Of a DNA stretch of 64,000 bases, positions 1-10,100 are shown in pieces. The position numbers were made by a program, and so were the translations under genes. The DNA is from a virus. Lineage: Duplodnaviria > Caudoviricetes. Numbering within the stretch: position 1 is the stretch's first letter; each line of letters starts with the position of its first letter. The notes beneath the pieces are model-generated. The model made no database searches. It saw only the letters and a program-made list of their open reading frames with translations, and was not told where the DNA came from. The stretch is taken from IMG/VR virus record IMGVR_UViG_2799112278_000002, positions 20,718-84,717 of that record; one strand, given 5' to 3'.

Positions 1-28
1 GATTATCTGCAGGTATAAGAATAGCCAT
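1..28 (-). CDS. 5' end of next virion (probable ejection/internal) gene, truncated by window edge (MAILIPADN...)
   Basis: ATG at 28 with RBS GAAGGAGG upstream, directly after the stop of 44..628. Confidence 0.55.
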
Positions 29-43
29 GTTTCATCCTCCTTC

Positions 44-628
44 CTACCACTGTGGCTTTTTAAAGCCACCTGATGCCCACCCGCTTAATGCAGAACCTAA
101 TAAACCACTACTCCCCTGCGTAACTGCAGTTTGAGCAGGCTGACTCATACTTTGCCTAAATCCTAACCAATTATCGTACAGGCCACTTCCCAGAGCAGTA
201 TTGCCTTGACCCATGCTATATAGGCTTTGTGCATTTTGTGCCTGCTGATTCAGAACCGACTGCAGATTATCCATTACCCAATTATTAGCATCTGTACCGG
301 CCTGTGCTAATGCATTTTGTGTCATGGAATTTGCCCCAAGATTTCGAAAGGCCATATTATTAGCAATTGATCCGACTTGCTTATTGTAGTTATCCAAGCT
401 TAGGCGCTGCAGATTAGCTGCGACATCACCATTTACTTGCCCATTAGCGGTTTGCGACATTAAGTCCGTCCCTTGATTGATCAAACCGCTTGCTGACCCT
501 AGAAGCCCTGAAGCAACTCCCGTAAGCTGCTCTCGCATAGCTTTCTCATAGTCGGTTTCAGGTTGAATTTGTGCAGCTACGCTTTTAACCTTCGGGCTTG
601 ACCCGAATAGTCCACTTAAGAGTCCCAT
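44..628 (-). CDS. Probable DNA ejection/pilot-type internal virion protein
   Basis: Start reassigned to ATG 628 (RBS AGGAGGG); Gly/Ser/Gln/Asn-rich MGLLSGLFG... composition and position after podoviral tail genes. Confidence 0.55.
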   Translation of the reverse strand: MGLLSGLFGSSPKVKSVAAQIQPETDYEKAMREQLTGVASGLLGSASGLINQGTDLMSQTANGQVNGDVAANLQRLSLDNYNKQVGSIANNMAFRNLGANSMTQNALAQAGTDANNWVMDNLQSVLNQQAQNAQSLYSMGQGNTALGSGLYDNWLGFRQSMSQPAQTAVTQGSSGLLGSALSGWASGGFKKPQW

Positions 629-629
629 G

Positions 630-1298
630 TTATCCCTCCTGTTCAATACTGACTGAAATAGACTCAATGTAGCATGAGTTATGGTCCTTTGACGTGCATT
701 TAGCCCATATACAAAGCCCTACCGTGTGAGGCCCAGCATCTACCGTATAGGCTTTTTCATCGGCTATTAACTCATTGGTATAGGTAACAGTACCTGTTTT
801 ACCGTAAGAAGCATACTCCCTAATCATGTAAGGTGTGTTATCAATATGTAGGCCTATTTTGGTATAAACCTGATCGGCCCACCCACCGCCTGTATCGGTA
901 TGGCCGGTGAGTCTTAGCGTGATAAGTAAGGGTTTGTCTTTGTCCTGCGATACAAAGGGGATACTGCCGAAGTAATAATATTTTCCCGGTACGCTCCCGC
1001 TAAGGTTGTACAGATAGGCATTAGATTCGATATCCTGCGAGGCATCGAATGGTGAGTACTCTGTTTTAGCCTTGTAGATCGTATTGTCTTGCCCCCTAAA
1101 GGTTAACGCCGAAGCAAAATAGCTGTTTAGATTCTTTGTTACTGGCAAATAGACCGGATTACCGGCTACATCTTTTAGTTCAATGAAATTCCCATCCGCA
1201 ATATCGTCAGTAGAGGTATACAGTTTGTGAACAGTAGTCACAGCACCTAACGTATCATCTATCCTACGGGTATAAAGCTTATAATCACTCACTGCCAT
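630..1298 (-). CDS. Hypothetical virion/tail-associated protein
   Basis: Start reassigned to ATG 1298 just after the TGA of the upstream gene; beta-rich C-terminal domain. Confidence 0.55.
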   Translation of the reverse strand: MAVSDYKLYTRRIDDTLGAVTTVHKLYTSTDDIADGNFIELKDVAGNPVYLPVTKNLNSYFASALTFRGQDNTIYKAKTEYSPFDASQDIESNAYLYNLSGSVPGKYYYFGSIPFVSQDKDKPLLITLRLTGHTDTGGGWADQVYTKIGLHIDNTPYMIREYASYGKTGTVTYTNELIADEKAYTVDAGPHTVGLCIWAKCTSKDHNSCYIESISVSIEQEG

Positions 1299-1302
1299 AT
1301 TA

Positions 1303-1611
1303 TCACTTCGCAATCCATATATTGCCGCCAACGTCAGATGTAGGTATGTTCCAGGCTGTTCCCTCGGTATCGTTTGTAAGTCTGATGCTACCATTAAGCA
1401 AGGGAAGATTATTTGCTGTTCCGTCTGCGTGCTTGCCGTCAACAGTATCTACATCACCATGCTGAATTAAAATAGCGACCTGCTGTTCGAAGTTAGACAG
1501 ATCGCCGTAAGCTTTTGCAAATTCGAGTATGAATTTTTCAGCAGCCTGCTTGACTGTATCGCCGTTTGGCCCTGGTCTTGTGTCTACCGGAAATCCAGTA
1601 CCATAGGTCAT
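1303..1611 (-). CDS. Small tail-associated protein
   Basis: RBS GGAGGTGG; GPNGDTVKQAAEKF resembles the GD-x-R-x-AF-x-K-IN fibre-attachment motif. Confidence 0.55.
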   Translation of the reverse strand: MTYGTGFPVDTRPGPNGDTVKQAAEKFILEFAKAYGDLSNFEQQVAILIQHGDVDTVDGKHADGTANNLPLLNGSIRLTNDTEGTAWNIPTSDVGGNIWIAK

Positions 1612-1675
1612 TTAATCTCCACCTCCATTCAATATAAAAGAGAACTAAGAATTACCTTAGTCCTCGATAGTGTAT

Positions 1676-2338
1676 CTATAATCCAGTTACGTCTAGGATT
1701 AAATAATTGTAAAAAGCGTGTTTATACTGGGCTATATAGGCGTGATACGATGTGATTCTTGTATAATAGGAGTTTATTGTTCCTGCACTAAAACTAAACA
1801 CTTGGATATAGACCGTGTCACCTGCATAATGAGGCATAACATAGCTAGTGCAAACTCCAGGCAAAATAGCATAAGTTTTTTCTGGGGGAATGCTATGAGA
1901 AGCAATTCCCCTCCCATTATAATCCTCGCCATAGTGTGTAGTGCTTAAACTATCATATCCAGAGTTTGCCAATACTACATTCATATACCCTTTCCCTGCT
2001 GAAAAAACCGGGACTCCACTTGGATCATACACAGTAAATAGTCCGTTGTCAGTAGAGGGGTATCCGAACACATAGTAGTATATAGTTCCGTTGCCAATAA
2101 ATCTATATTCAGTTGCAGTGGAGGTTGCTATCGGTGTTCCTGCAAGGTAGGCTGAATTATAAGTGTATACGTTTGCCCAACTACCAGGAGCAGCACGTAT
2201 AGCTATTACTTCATCTGGCCCAACTGTAACCGCTCCTCCACTTGTAGTAGTTCCTACGCTAATAAGCTGTAAGTTCTTATAAAGACCATCAATCTGTATA
2301 ATCCCATCGTTATTAAAAACCTGCAATCCGTAATTCAT
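1676..2338 (-). CDS. Tail-tip accessory protein (type found downstream of J-like fibres)
   Basis: N-terminal YGLQVFNNDGIIQIDGLYKNL motif; second of the gene pair after the J-like gene. Confidence 0.6.
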   Translation of the reverse strand: MNYGLQVFNNDGIIQIDGLYKNLQLISVGTTTSGGAVTVGPDEVIAIRAAPGSWANVYTYNSAYLAGTPIATSTATEYRFIGNGTIYYYVFGYPSTDNGLFTVYDPSGVPVFSAGKGYMNVVLANSGYDSLSTTHYGEDYNGRGIASHSIPPEKTYAILPGVCTSYVMPHYAGDTVYIQVFSFSAGTINSYYTRITSYHAYIAQYKHAFYNYLILDVTGL

Positions 2339-2339
2339 A

Positions 2340-2645
2340 TCAGTACACCCCGTAAGTTACGATGTAAGGAACATTATGAGTTGATATTCCTGAAGCATTT
2401 GTTACAGAAAAAGTCCATGATAATGTTTCTCCTTGAAAGCTTACAACACACTGTCTACAGTAATCCCTAACACTGCTACTTGGAATCTGTGTAAAATACC
2501 ACGGATTTCCCATTAAAAGATTGACATCTACTAAGCTGCCAGGAGAAGTACCTGTATTGAACCTTCCAAGTACCCTAGTTATTCTTCCAGTCACATCTAG
2601 AATAACATTCCCGTTTGCATCGAAGCATTGCAATCCCTGTGGCAT
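2340..2645 (-). CDS. Tail-tip accessory protein (MPQGLQC.D family, T1/phi80-like)
   Basis: MPQGLQCFDANGNVILDVTGR N-terminus; overlaps the stop of the J-like gene. Confidence 0.65.
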   Translation of the reverse strand: MPQGLQCFDANGNVILDVTGRITRVLGRFNTGTSPGSLVDVNLLMGNPWYFTQIPSSSVRDYCRQCVVSFQGETLSWTFSVTNASGISTHNVPYIVTYGVY

Positions 2646-4684
2646 CACCACACCCCCATTCTTACCCGTATTACATTATTCTCATCATACACTATGATCA
2701 AATTATCTTTTATCTCTATCCTCGCCCCTGTAGTAGCAGTACGCAGCGTTCCTATAACCCCGCCCGAGAGAGCTCCGAGATTACTGGCTGTAAGCTTCCC
2801 GGTTATATCAAGATTGCCAGAAATGACTGTATTTCCATCAATCTCAATCATCCGGCCTTTTAACTTAACCCCAGCAGGACTTAAATTAATCCGCGAAACA
2901 ATAATCTCACCAGTTAAATCATCGTTGCCTTGCGACACAAGATCTATTTGATCCTTTAAAGCGGTAATTGCTGAGTATGCACAGTTTTCTGGGGATTTTT
3001 CTAATTCTGTAACGATTGCGGATATACTGTTGTTGGTTATTTGAAGATCTGCAGTACTAGCTTTTGAAGCTACTGTTGTTTGAATGCTATCTGCCTTTTG
3101 GTTTACGGCCGATATCTGTCCGGCTTGATTACTAACCGTAGAGGTTAAGCCTTCAATACTTACCCTTAAATTCGCTAAGTTTGGCATCTTATTAGAGGGT
3201 GCCGTCGGCGATTGAGTAACAGCCAAATTTATCTGATCAGGTAATTGGTCAATTCGTGTAGCCTGCTGTGACACCTTGCCATCAGCATCAGCTTTGTTCG
3301 CCACGACTGTTTGATGTATTCCATTGACATCAATTTCAACCGCTGCAAGCCGTGTTGTCAGAGGGTTAATTTGAGTAGTTGCTATGTCATTTTTAGCGGA
3401 TGTGACTGCTGCAGTTATCTGCCCGGGTACTGCATTAATCTGACTGTTCAGTGTGGATACTTTCCCGTCAGCATCCGTTTTGTTTGCCGAAACAGTAGCC
3501 TGTATAGCATCCGTAGTTTGTTTAATTTTCGTAAACGAGATGTAAGGCTGCGTAACATTTGTGAATGGATCAGTATTTAAGTTGGTCACAACAGAAGAAA
3601 TCTGACCAGCCGTCTGCGTAATTTGACTAGCCTGCTGAGATAACTTGCCATCCGTATCGGTTTTATTGGCCGAGACAGTTGAAGCTATACTATCAGCTTG
3701 CTGCTTCAGGCTTGAAATCGCAGTATACTGACTAGCTGCACCGGGAGCCTGGTTGAGTTTACCAACTACAGCCGTAATGCTATCAGCGTTTTGGGTAATA
3801 GAAGAAGATTGCTGCTGAAACTTATTGTCAGCATCTGACTTGTTTGCAGATACGATTGATGCGATACCATCCGTGGTTTGTTTGATCTTAGTGAAAGATA
3901 CGTAGCCAGGCTGATCTTTGTCCAGCTCAGCTACAACAGAAGAAATCTCGCCTGCCGTCTGAGTTAGCTGGCTGGTGAGATTTGTTATTTTACCATCAGC
4001 ATCTGACTTGTTTGCAGATACGATTGTAGATATTGAATCTGCTGTTTGCTTTAAGCTTGAAATCGCAATATATTGGTCTTCTGCTCCCGGGGCTTGATTG
4101 AGTTTGCCGACAACAGAAGAAATGTTATTGGCCGTTTGTGTAATTAATGATCTGTTTTCACCGTCAGCTTGTGCTAATTCATTAACTTTATCATTGAACG
4201 TGGCATGACTAACTTTCGCCTGATCCAGTGCTGCAATTGCTTGATTAACACCCTCTTGCATGTTTGGAAGATCGACATTTTTGACCTCATCAATCTCCCC
4301 TCTCAGAATATCTTCAGCCTCAGCAATCGCATTTCGGATACTAGGGATATCGACGTTTTTGACTTCATCGATCGTACTATTAATACTGGCTTCGACTGCC
4401 GCAATAGTCTCTCGAATTTCAGTATCAATATTGACGGCTAACTCCTGCTGTGATATCAACAATTCAGTGATGTAATCGTTTAAAGCCTTAATTCGCTGCT
4501 CAATAAACTCATTTACCTTTCTTATAGCCTCGTTCATTGCTGCAATTCTCTTTTTTTGCTCATCAGACAATACATTTTCGAATTGTGTTAGTGTTTTCGC
4601 ATTAGCATCCAGAATACGATTCAGTTGTTCAAAGTTCCTCTCCAAACTCTCCGGGGTAACTCGTGTATCTAGTCGCTGAGCCAT
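2645..4684 (-). CDS. Central tail spike/fibre: coiled coil with ~55-aa repeats and lambda-J-like C-terminus
   Basis: Repeats of ISSLKQTADSI..VSANKSDADGK; C-terminus GARIEIKDNLIIVYDENNVIRVRMGVW typical of gpJ-like proteins. Confidence 0.7.
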   Translation of the reverse strand: MAQRLDTRVTPESLERNFEQLNRILDANAKTLTQFENVLSDEQKKRIAAMNEAIRKVNEFIEQRIKALNDYITELLISQQELAVNIDTEIRETIAAVEASINSTIDEVKNVDIPSIRNAIAEAEDILRGEIDEVKNVDLPNMQEGVNQAIAALDQAKVSHATFNDKVNELAQADGENRSLITQTANNISSVVGKLNQAPGAEDQYIAISSLKQTADSISTIVSANKSDADGKITNLTSQLTQTAGEISSVVAELDKDQPGYVSFTKIKQTTDGIASIVSANKSDADNKFQQQSSSITQNADSITAVVGKLNQAPGAASQYTAISSLKQQADSIASTVSANKTDTDGKLSQQASQITQTAGQISSVVTNLNTDPFTNVTQPYISFTKIKQTTDAIQATVSANKTDADGKVSTLNSQINAVPGQITAAVTSAKNDIATTQINPLTTRLAAVEIDVNGIHQTVVANKADADGKVSQQATRIDQLPDQINLAVTQSPTAPSNKMPNLANLRVSIEGLTSTVSNQAGQISAVNQKADSIQTTVASKASTADLQITNNSISAIVTELEKSPENCAYSAITALKDQIDLVSQGNDDLTGEIIVSRINLSPAGVKLKGRMIEIDGNTVISGNLDITGKLTASNLGALSGGVIGTLRTATTGARIEIKDNLIIVYDENNVIRVRMGVW
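3440..4160 (-). repeat. Coding tandem repeats (~5 x ~55 aa) in the spike gene
   Basis: DNA repeat tcagcatctgacttgtttgcagatacgattg near 3829 and 3997; alternating AISSLKQ and SFTKIKQ units. Confidence 0.8.
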
Positions 4685-4685
4685 A

Positions 4686-6131
4686 CTACACCTCCACCAA
4701 TTCTAGTTTTATATTGTTTAGCGAAAAAGCACCTTTGGTGGACGTAATTTTAATAGAAAATTCCTTTATACGATAAGTCTGCCGTTTTGCCTCTGGAGTA
4801 AGTCTTGTGAGTGTCCATAAAGGATACTCGGCATCAGCTAAATATTCGTTACAGTCTGCAACATATGGGCTGTAAGATGCATATCTAATAGGTAATTCCA
4901 AATCACCTATTAGAACCTTTGCATCTACGTCACCCCGGGCATCGATAGAAGCCGCTATTCGCTTAATAAGAAACTCATCTAAGGTGGTGTACAGTTTGCC
5001 TTCCACATCAACTTGAATTAAATTACCGTCTACTTCCGTGTCTGCGTTTTCGTCCATCCGGTAAATGGTATCACCGGCCAAGACGTAAACCGTATTACCA
5101 ACAAGGCAAACATCTGAAATAGGAACGCTAAACTTACGTACCGTAAAAGCCCCCGAAAAATAATGAAAGAGATAGGTTGTCCCCATCTCATCAGCACGAA
5201 TCCATATTTGTTTTTTAGGCTGTACATCCCATAACTTAGCATTTTGGCTGACACCTTGCAACAGGAGTTGGTTGACAGCAGCGCCTACCTCACTTGATCG
5301 AAGGGTCCCGTATTCGCCACTATTAAAGGCAATGGCACTAAATCCATCTTTGCCAACATAGTACAAGCCATTACCGGCGAATATCACACCGTTTTGCCCT
5401 ACTGTATATACTCCGCTAGGTCCATCATAAGCTTGCCAATAATAATCACCCGTGAGCCTGAATGTCTTCCCTGAACGCTTTACAACGACGATATTGCCAA
5501 ATAGCTCTTTGACCGCAACAATACCGCCTCCGTCTTGGTATCCTATTTCTGCATACCATGCGTCCTGTTCATTGTCGGTTTTGAAGTTCCAGTTTTCAAT
5601 GTCACCGGTTCCGCACCAGTTGATGATGTCACTTCCAGTATTACAAATACCTAATCTACCAGACCTAACGTAGCACATATCGGCTATAGGAGAAGCAGTA
5701 GCCTCCTTGAAGTTATTCTCATAGTCGATATATTGTACTCTACTACCAGATACAACAGCTGTATACGAACCGTAGACGGCATAGCTCGGGCGTTTAATAC
5801 TGTTTAGCGAACCAGTTAAGACAGGCACTGTTTTAGGCGTTAGGTTGCCATTTAAGCGATAAAGACTACGACCACAATTAGTTAGAAAATAATTATCTTT
5901 ATAATTGTAAAACAGGGTGTCGGCATTTGCCGGCAGCTTTATTATCGGCACTAAACCGTCCACAACCTTTAGCTTCCCGGAAACATAATCGAGTTCAACG
6001 TTCATAGCCTTTTGTAACATGTTCGGCAAGAACTTATTTGATACTGGCGCAATATCTAATCTCAAACCACCTGAATAATCATCTATCGAAAGGGGTTGCA
6101 CATTAGCATGTTTAGATGAGCGTTTAGGCAC
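4686..6131 (-). CDS. Tail nozzle / DNA stabilization protein (P22 gp10 / T7 gp12-like)
   Basis: 481 aa, N-terminal YSGGL...A.NV motif, beta-propeller-like composition, follows an adaptor gene. Confidence 0.7.
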   Translation of the reverse strand: MPKRSSKHANVQPLSIDDYSGGLRLDIAPVSNKFLPNMLQKAMNVELDYVSGKLKVVDGLVPIIKLPANADTLFYNYKDNYFLTNCGRSLYRLNGNLTPKTVPVLTGSLNSIKRPSYAVYGSYTAVVSGSRVQYIDYENNFKEATASPIADMCYVRSGRLGICNTGSDIINWCGTGDIENWNFKTDNEQDAWYAEIGYQDGGGIVAVKELFGNIVVVKRSGKTFRLTGDYYWQAYDGPSGVYTVGQNGVIFAGNGLYYVGKDGFSAIAFNSGEYGTLRSSEVGAAVNQLLLQGVSQNAKLWDVQPKKQIWIRADEMGTTYLFHYFSGAFTVRKFSVPISDVCLVGNTVYVLAGDTIYRMDENADTEVDGNLIQVDVEGKLYTTLDEFLIKRIAASIDARGDVDAKVLIGDLELPIRYASYSPYVADCNEYLADAEYPLWTLTRLTPEAKRQTYRIKEFSIKITSTKGAFSLNNIKLELVEV

Positions 6132-6861
6132 TACCTATCACCCCGATTGCCTGTAGAGATTGAGCTAATAGTGCCTCATCTTGTGTAATGTCATACTCAT
6201 CACGATTGAGCGCAATGATAGCAGTTTTCTGAATTAGCACGCCATCATATATTGGCTTAAATACAGAATACGTGGGCAGGTAAACATCCACTTCATTTAC
6301 GGTTATATGCGAACGGTTCGCAAAGTATTGAAATTCAAATGCTTCAGAGTCATCTAAGATACGAAAAGTGTTACCATTTCTTTTTATCGGATATAACCCA
6401 CACGCTTTGATAAAGTCATTAGGAATATTCATCCCGTCCGTTATAATAATTTCTTTCATCATTTCCTTATCGCCGTTTTGGATAAGCTGTAAACTCAACC
6501 AGTCTATAGCATTGTTAAGAAATCCTACTAAATCGCTTGTTTCAAATTCAATACCATCTTTATCTGAAATTAATGCTCGTATACGCTTAATAATCTCACC
6601 ATTAGGAGTTGCAGTAGTGTCACCAATAAATGTTTCAGAGGCCTCAATCACATATCGCCAAGGCCCAGTAGCAATTATGCTAATCAAATTAAATGGAGAG
6701 AAATTTCCCTCAAACTGTTCTAGCCCAAGCACTTTAATTATTTGGCCATTCACCGACACAGTTAATTCAGTTGCTCCGTCATTGATAATATTTACACGGG
6801 TGGCATACTGTTGCAGCGCCTTTGTATGATTACCAGTACCGCTATTGCTGCTGATAATCAT
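6124..6861 (-). CDS. Head-tail adaptor protein (P22 gp4 / T7 gp11-like) with N-terminal extension
   Basis: Start ATG 6861 (RBS GGAG, ATGA overlap); IIKRIRALISD...DLVGFLNNAI helix motif. Confidence 0.6.
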   Translation of the reverse strand: MIISSNSGTGNHTKALQQYATRVNIINDGATELTVSVNGQIIKVLGLEQFEGNFSPFNLISIIATGPWRYVIEASETFIGDTTATPNGEIIKRIRALISDKDGIEFETSDLVGFLNNAIDWLSLQLIQNGDKEMMKEIIITDGMNIPNDFIKACGLYPIKRNGNTFRILDDSEAFEFQYFANRSHITVNEVDVYLPTYSVFKPIYDGVLIQKTAIIALNRDEYDITQDEALLAQSLQAIGVIGSA

Positions 6862-7106
6862 AATAAACTCCACAGCGCTACTTTTGCGCAATATAAAACG
6901 CCGCCTGCAATAGTGCAAGCAGCGTCTTTCCATTCGGGCGTGCCAGTTTTGGTTTTATAGTCATACACCTCTTTACCTATGCCAGTTAACATTGCCGCAA
7001 ACAGTCCAATATCCCCCGGAAACAGCGAGGCAATAAAATACCCGCCTAATAAGTGTATAAGCTTATCAGGCGGGATCTTCTTTAGCAACTGTATTAACTT
7101 ATTCAC
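6858..7106 (-). CDS. Small membrane protein (DK..H / KE..D type, VanZ/YfiM-like)
   Basis: Hydrophobic helices with PDKLIHLLGG and GKEVYD...WKD motifs. Confidence 0.55.
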   Translation of the reverse strand: MNKLIQLLKKIPPDKLIHLLGGYFIASLFPGDIGLFAAMLTGIGKEVYDYKTKTGTPEWKDAACTIAGGVLYCAKVALWSLL

Positions 7107-10100
7107 AGACTCAATTCCTCCTTTTGCTGTTGTCTTTCCAGCCTCTCCACTTTAGCCGATAACTCTTGGACAGCTTTAATAAGTGGTGCTATAAACTCTT
7201 CATAGCGCAATCCATAGTTCCCTTGCTCGTCAACCGTAAATATTCCTACGTCCTTGCCGTTTAATGCTTCCTCTACCTCTTGAGCAATAAGGCCAGCATG
7301 TGTTCTTACGCCAGGCAATGGTATTACGACTTCTTTATATACGGGACGTTCTTCAGTAACAGCAGGAATCATTACGTCTTCCGTTACAACCGCAGAAACT
7401 AATCGCTGCTCTACTACGGCTTCTTTCTCTAAGATAGTTTCAGTTACGGCTTCAGTGATTAGATTGCCCTCTTCATCGTATTCTGCCGGAATAATTTCAA
7501 TAGTGCTGTAGATTGCGGGAGATACTTCTACCGTCTCATATATGGCTGGAGAAACTTCCTGTATCTCAGTACGCTCTGGTTCAATTTCTACTGTTTCTAC
7601 TCCGCATTGTTCTGAAGCCACTTCATTCTGCCTTACTTTGTATTTAAACTCTACAGGGCGAAGGGAATTGATGAAGTCTAAGCCTAAATCTAAATCGGTA
7701 ATATCCTTTTTGGCGTTGCGATCTGAGGTATTGATAGTGGCTGAAACAGCGTAAATTTGACTCCATCTAGCACCAGATGTACCCAAAGTGAGGGAATTAT
7801 CTGTATATGGCCTTGCACTACCTGAATCTACAACAAATTTTGATGATACTGCCCCAGATGAGCGTGTAAGAAAAACTAAGGCCCCTGACTCTGCTCCTGC
7901 GGTATAGCCAGTTGTTGTAGCATATATTCCTGCGTATTGTACATCGCTTGCGCTAACATCATTTCCTCCATAGAAAGCAAGGTACCCTAGTGTAGAATTC
8001 GCAGTAAATATAGACGATCTTCGAAAGTTTAACGTAGGATTACCAGATGAATTATTGATAGCAGTAGTATTAATAAACACAGGATTTTCTATTGTAGCAA
8101 GTGTTTTTACCGTAGGAGTAACTATATTAGTAATGCTAGATTCATCAGTTATTACAGATATATTCCATCCTGCTCCGTAAGATGCTACGTTGCTGTTTCC
8201 TATAAACGCTTCTACCACTATTTTGATGTTATCCCATGCCGTGGTAGCCGTGCCAAGTAAAATGCAACATTTACCCGCAACAGAATCGTATCCAAACCTT
8301 ACAGAACTAAAAGGGCAGTTAGGGTGTAGTGTGGCAGCGGTCAATATCCAATTACCTGATCCTTGGGTGTAGCCTGACACGGTCGCATCCCAATGACTAA
8401 CATTTGTTCCAGCAGAACTCCAACCTTCAATACTCAATACCAGAGTAGTAGATAGCCAAGATGTAGGTAACATTATTTTAACTGTTCCTGTAGTGGTACC
8501 AGAAAGATGATAGGCCGTTACATCCCGATACTTATACACTGTTCCGTTTGCCAAAGAATTAGAGGAATTTAATTTGGTATTTATCGCCGCATCAACAATA
8601 TCTTTCGTATAAGCATCCAGAATCCCATAATCAGCTAATGTCTTAGGATGTTGATTAGCTGTAGCTCCTACAAGATCAACAGGATTAATCTTAAAGTAAG
8701 CTATCTTTTGTTCTGTGGAGTCTAAGGCAAAATTACGTTGGCGAGTAGGAACAGGGTTATCAATAGCAAAGGTATCTACAGCATACAGATACTTGTCGAG
8801 TTGTTCATAGGTTACAGTGTAGATTGCGGTAGTATCATAATTAGATTGTGCTGTATAATATTCCAAGGTATCTGACGCGTGTGTATTCCATGTTATATCT
8901 ACTATCCCGTTTTTAAAACACGCGAGGTACAACTTAGGTCTATAGGCTAATAAAGAACCTAATCCAGAGGAATTTATATAATATGCAGAAGAGTATAGTT
9001 TAGGATTAGATTTTTCCCTCCACACTACCCCATTTCTCTGCTCTATCTGCGTTACTCCCTGTGGAATATTTATTACACTACCTGCGCTCATTATTGGCTT
9101 AGTTGGATCGTTATTATAGTAATTTATGTGATACACAGGAGTAGCAAGTTTATAATGCAAAACATACGGTGTATATCCAGAATAACTTGCTGTAGGTAGA
9201 GTAGAAGTTATTCCGGTTCCATCAGTTATCTTCTTCCAGTATTTCGTGCCAGATACATAAGTACCACCATCGGAAGCACACATTTTCCAGCCATAAAAAT
9301 AAGCTTTTATTTCGGCGATAGTAGGGGTAAATGAGCTATTCCATCCAGAATCGATATCATAGACAGAAATGCCTAATTCTATATCAGTGTGGATACGGCT
9401 CATATCTCCTGCATTCCAAGTGTTTCCAAGCTGGGTGGTGTGAGTCAGTGGTTTTCCATCATATTTTACAACAACCTCAGAGTCGGTTATAAATTTTGTT
9501 GAAACATGCATTAACACTCGTTTAGCCCCTGTATAACTAACATCTACTCCGGCTATTGATGATGAGTTCTCAGGTAGCTGTACATTCTTCTTCCACACCT
9601 CTTTATACACAGAAGTATTAGGAGTTAGCCATACGCTTTCTCCATCGGCTATTTGCATAGGTGTATGAGCATATGATTTTACTTGTGGTTCAAAGGCTGT
9701 AGCGGTAGAGCCTAATTCTAACTGGGGATTAGTAAAGGTGAATGTTCCTGATGTCGTAGTATCATTTGTAATAAATACTGAAGCTGATACAAAGTCTGTA
9801 GGTGTTGTAAACGGTAGGCTACTATAGGTATTTACCAATGTAAAATAATTGGAGCTTCCATCTGCTTTTACAGTTTGAACAACAAAACGAGAGTTTCCCC
9901 CTGTTGCGGTTCCACTTAGAACATAATTAGTGTTCGGCTTTAGTGAAACGGGAACACGTGATACTTGGGAAATTGTGGTCGCATTCAAAGTTAAGTTATA
10001 TGCACTATTCACAACGGCGTTAGCATGTAAAGTCCACTCTCCAGAATTAAACGCAGGAATCAAGTTTTTCCCTATCTGGGTAACTAAAACATCCTTCTTA

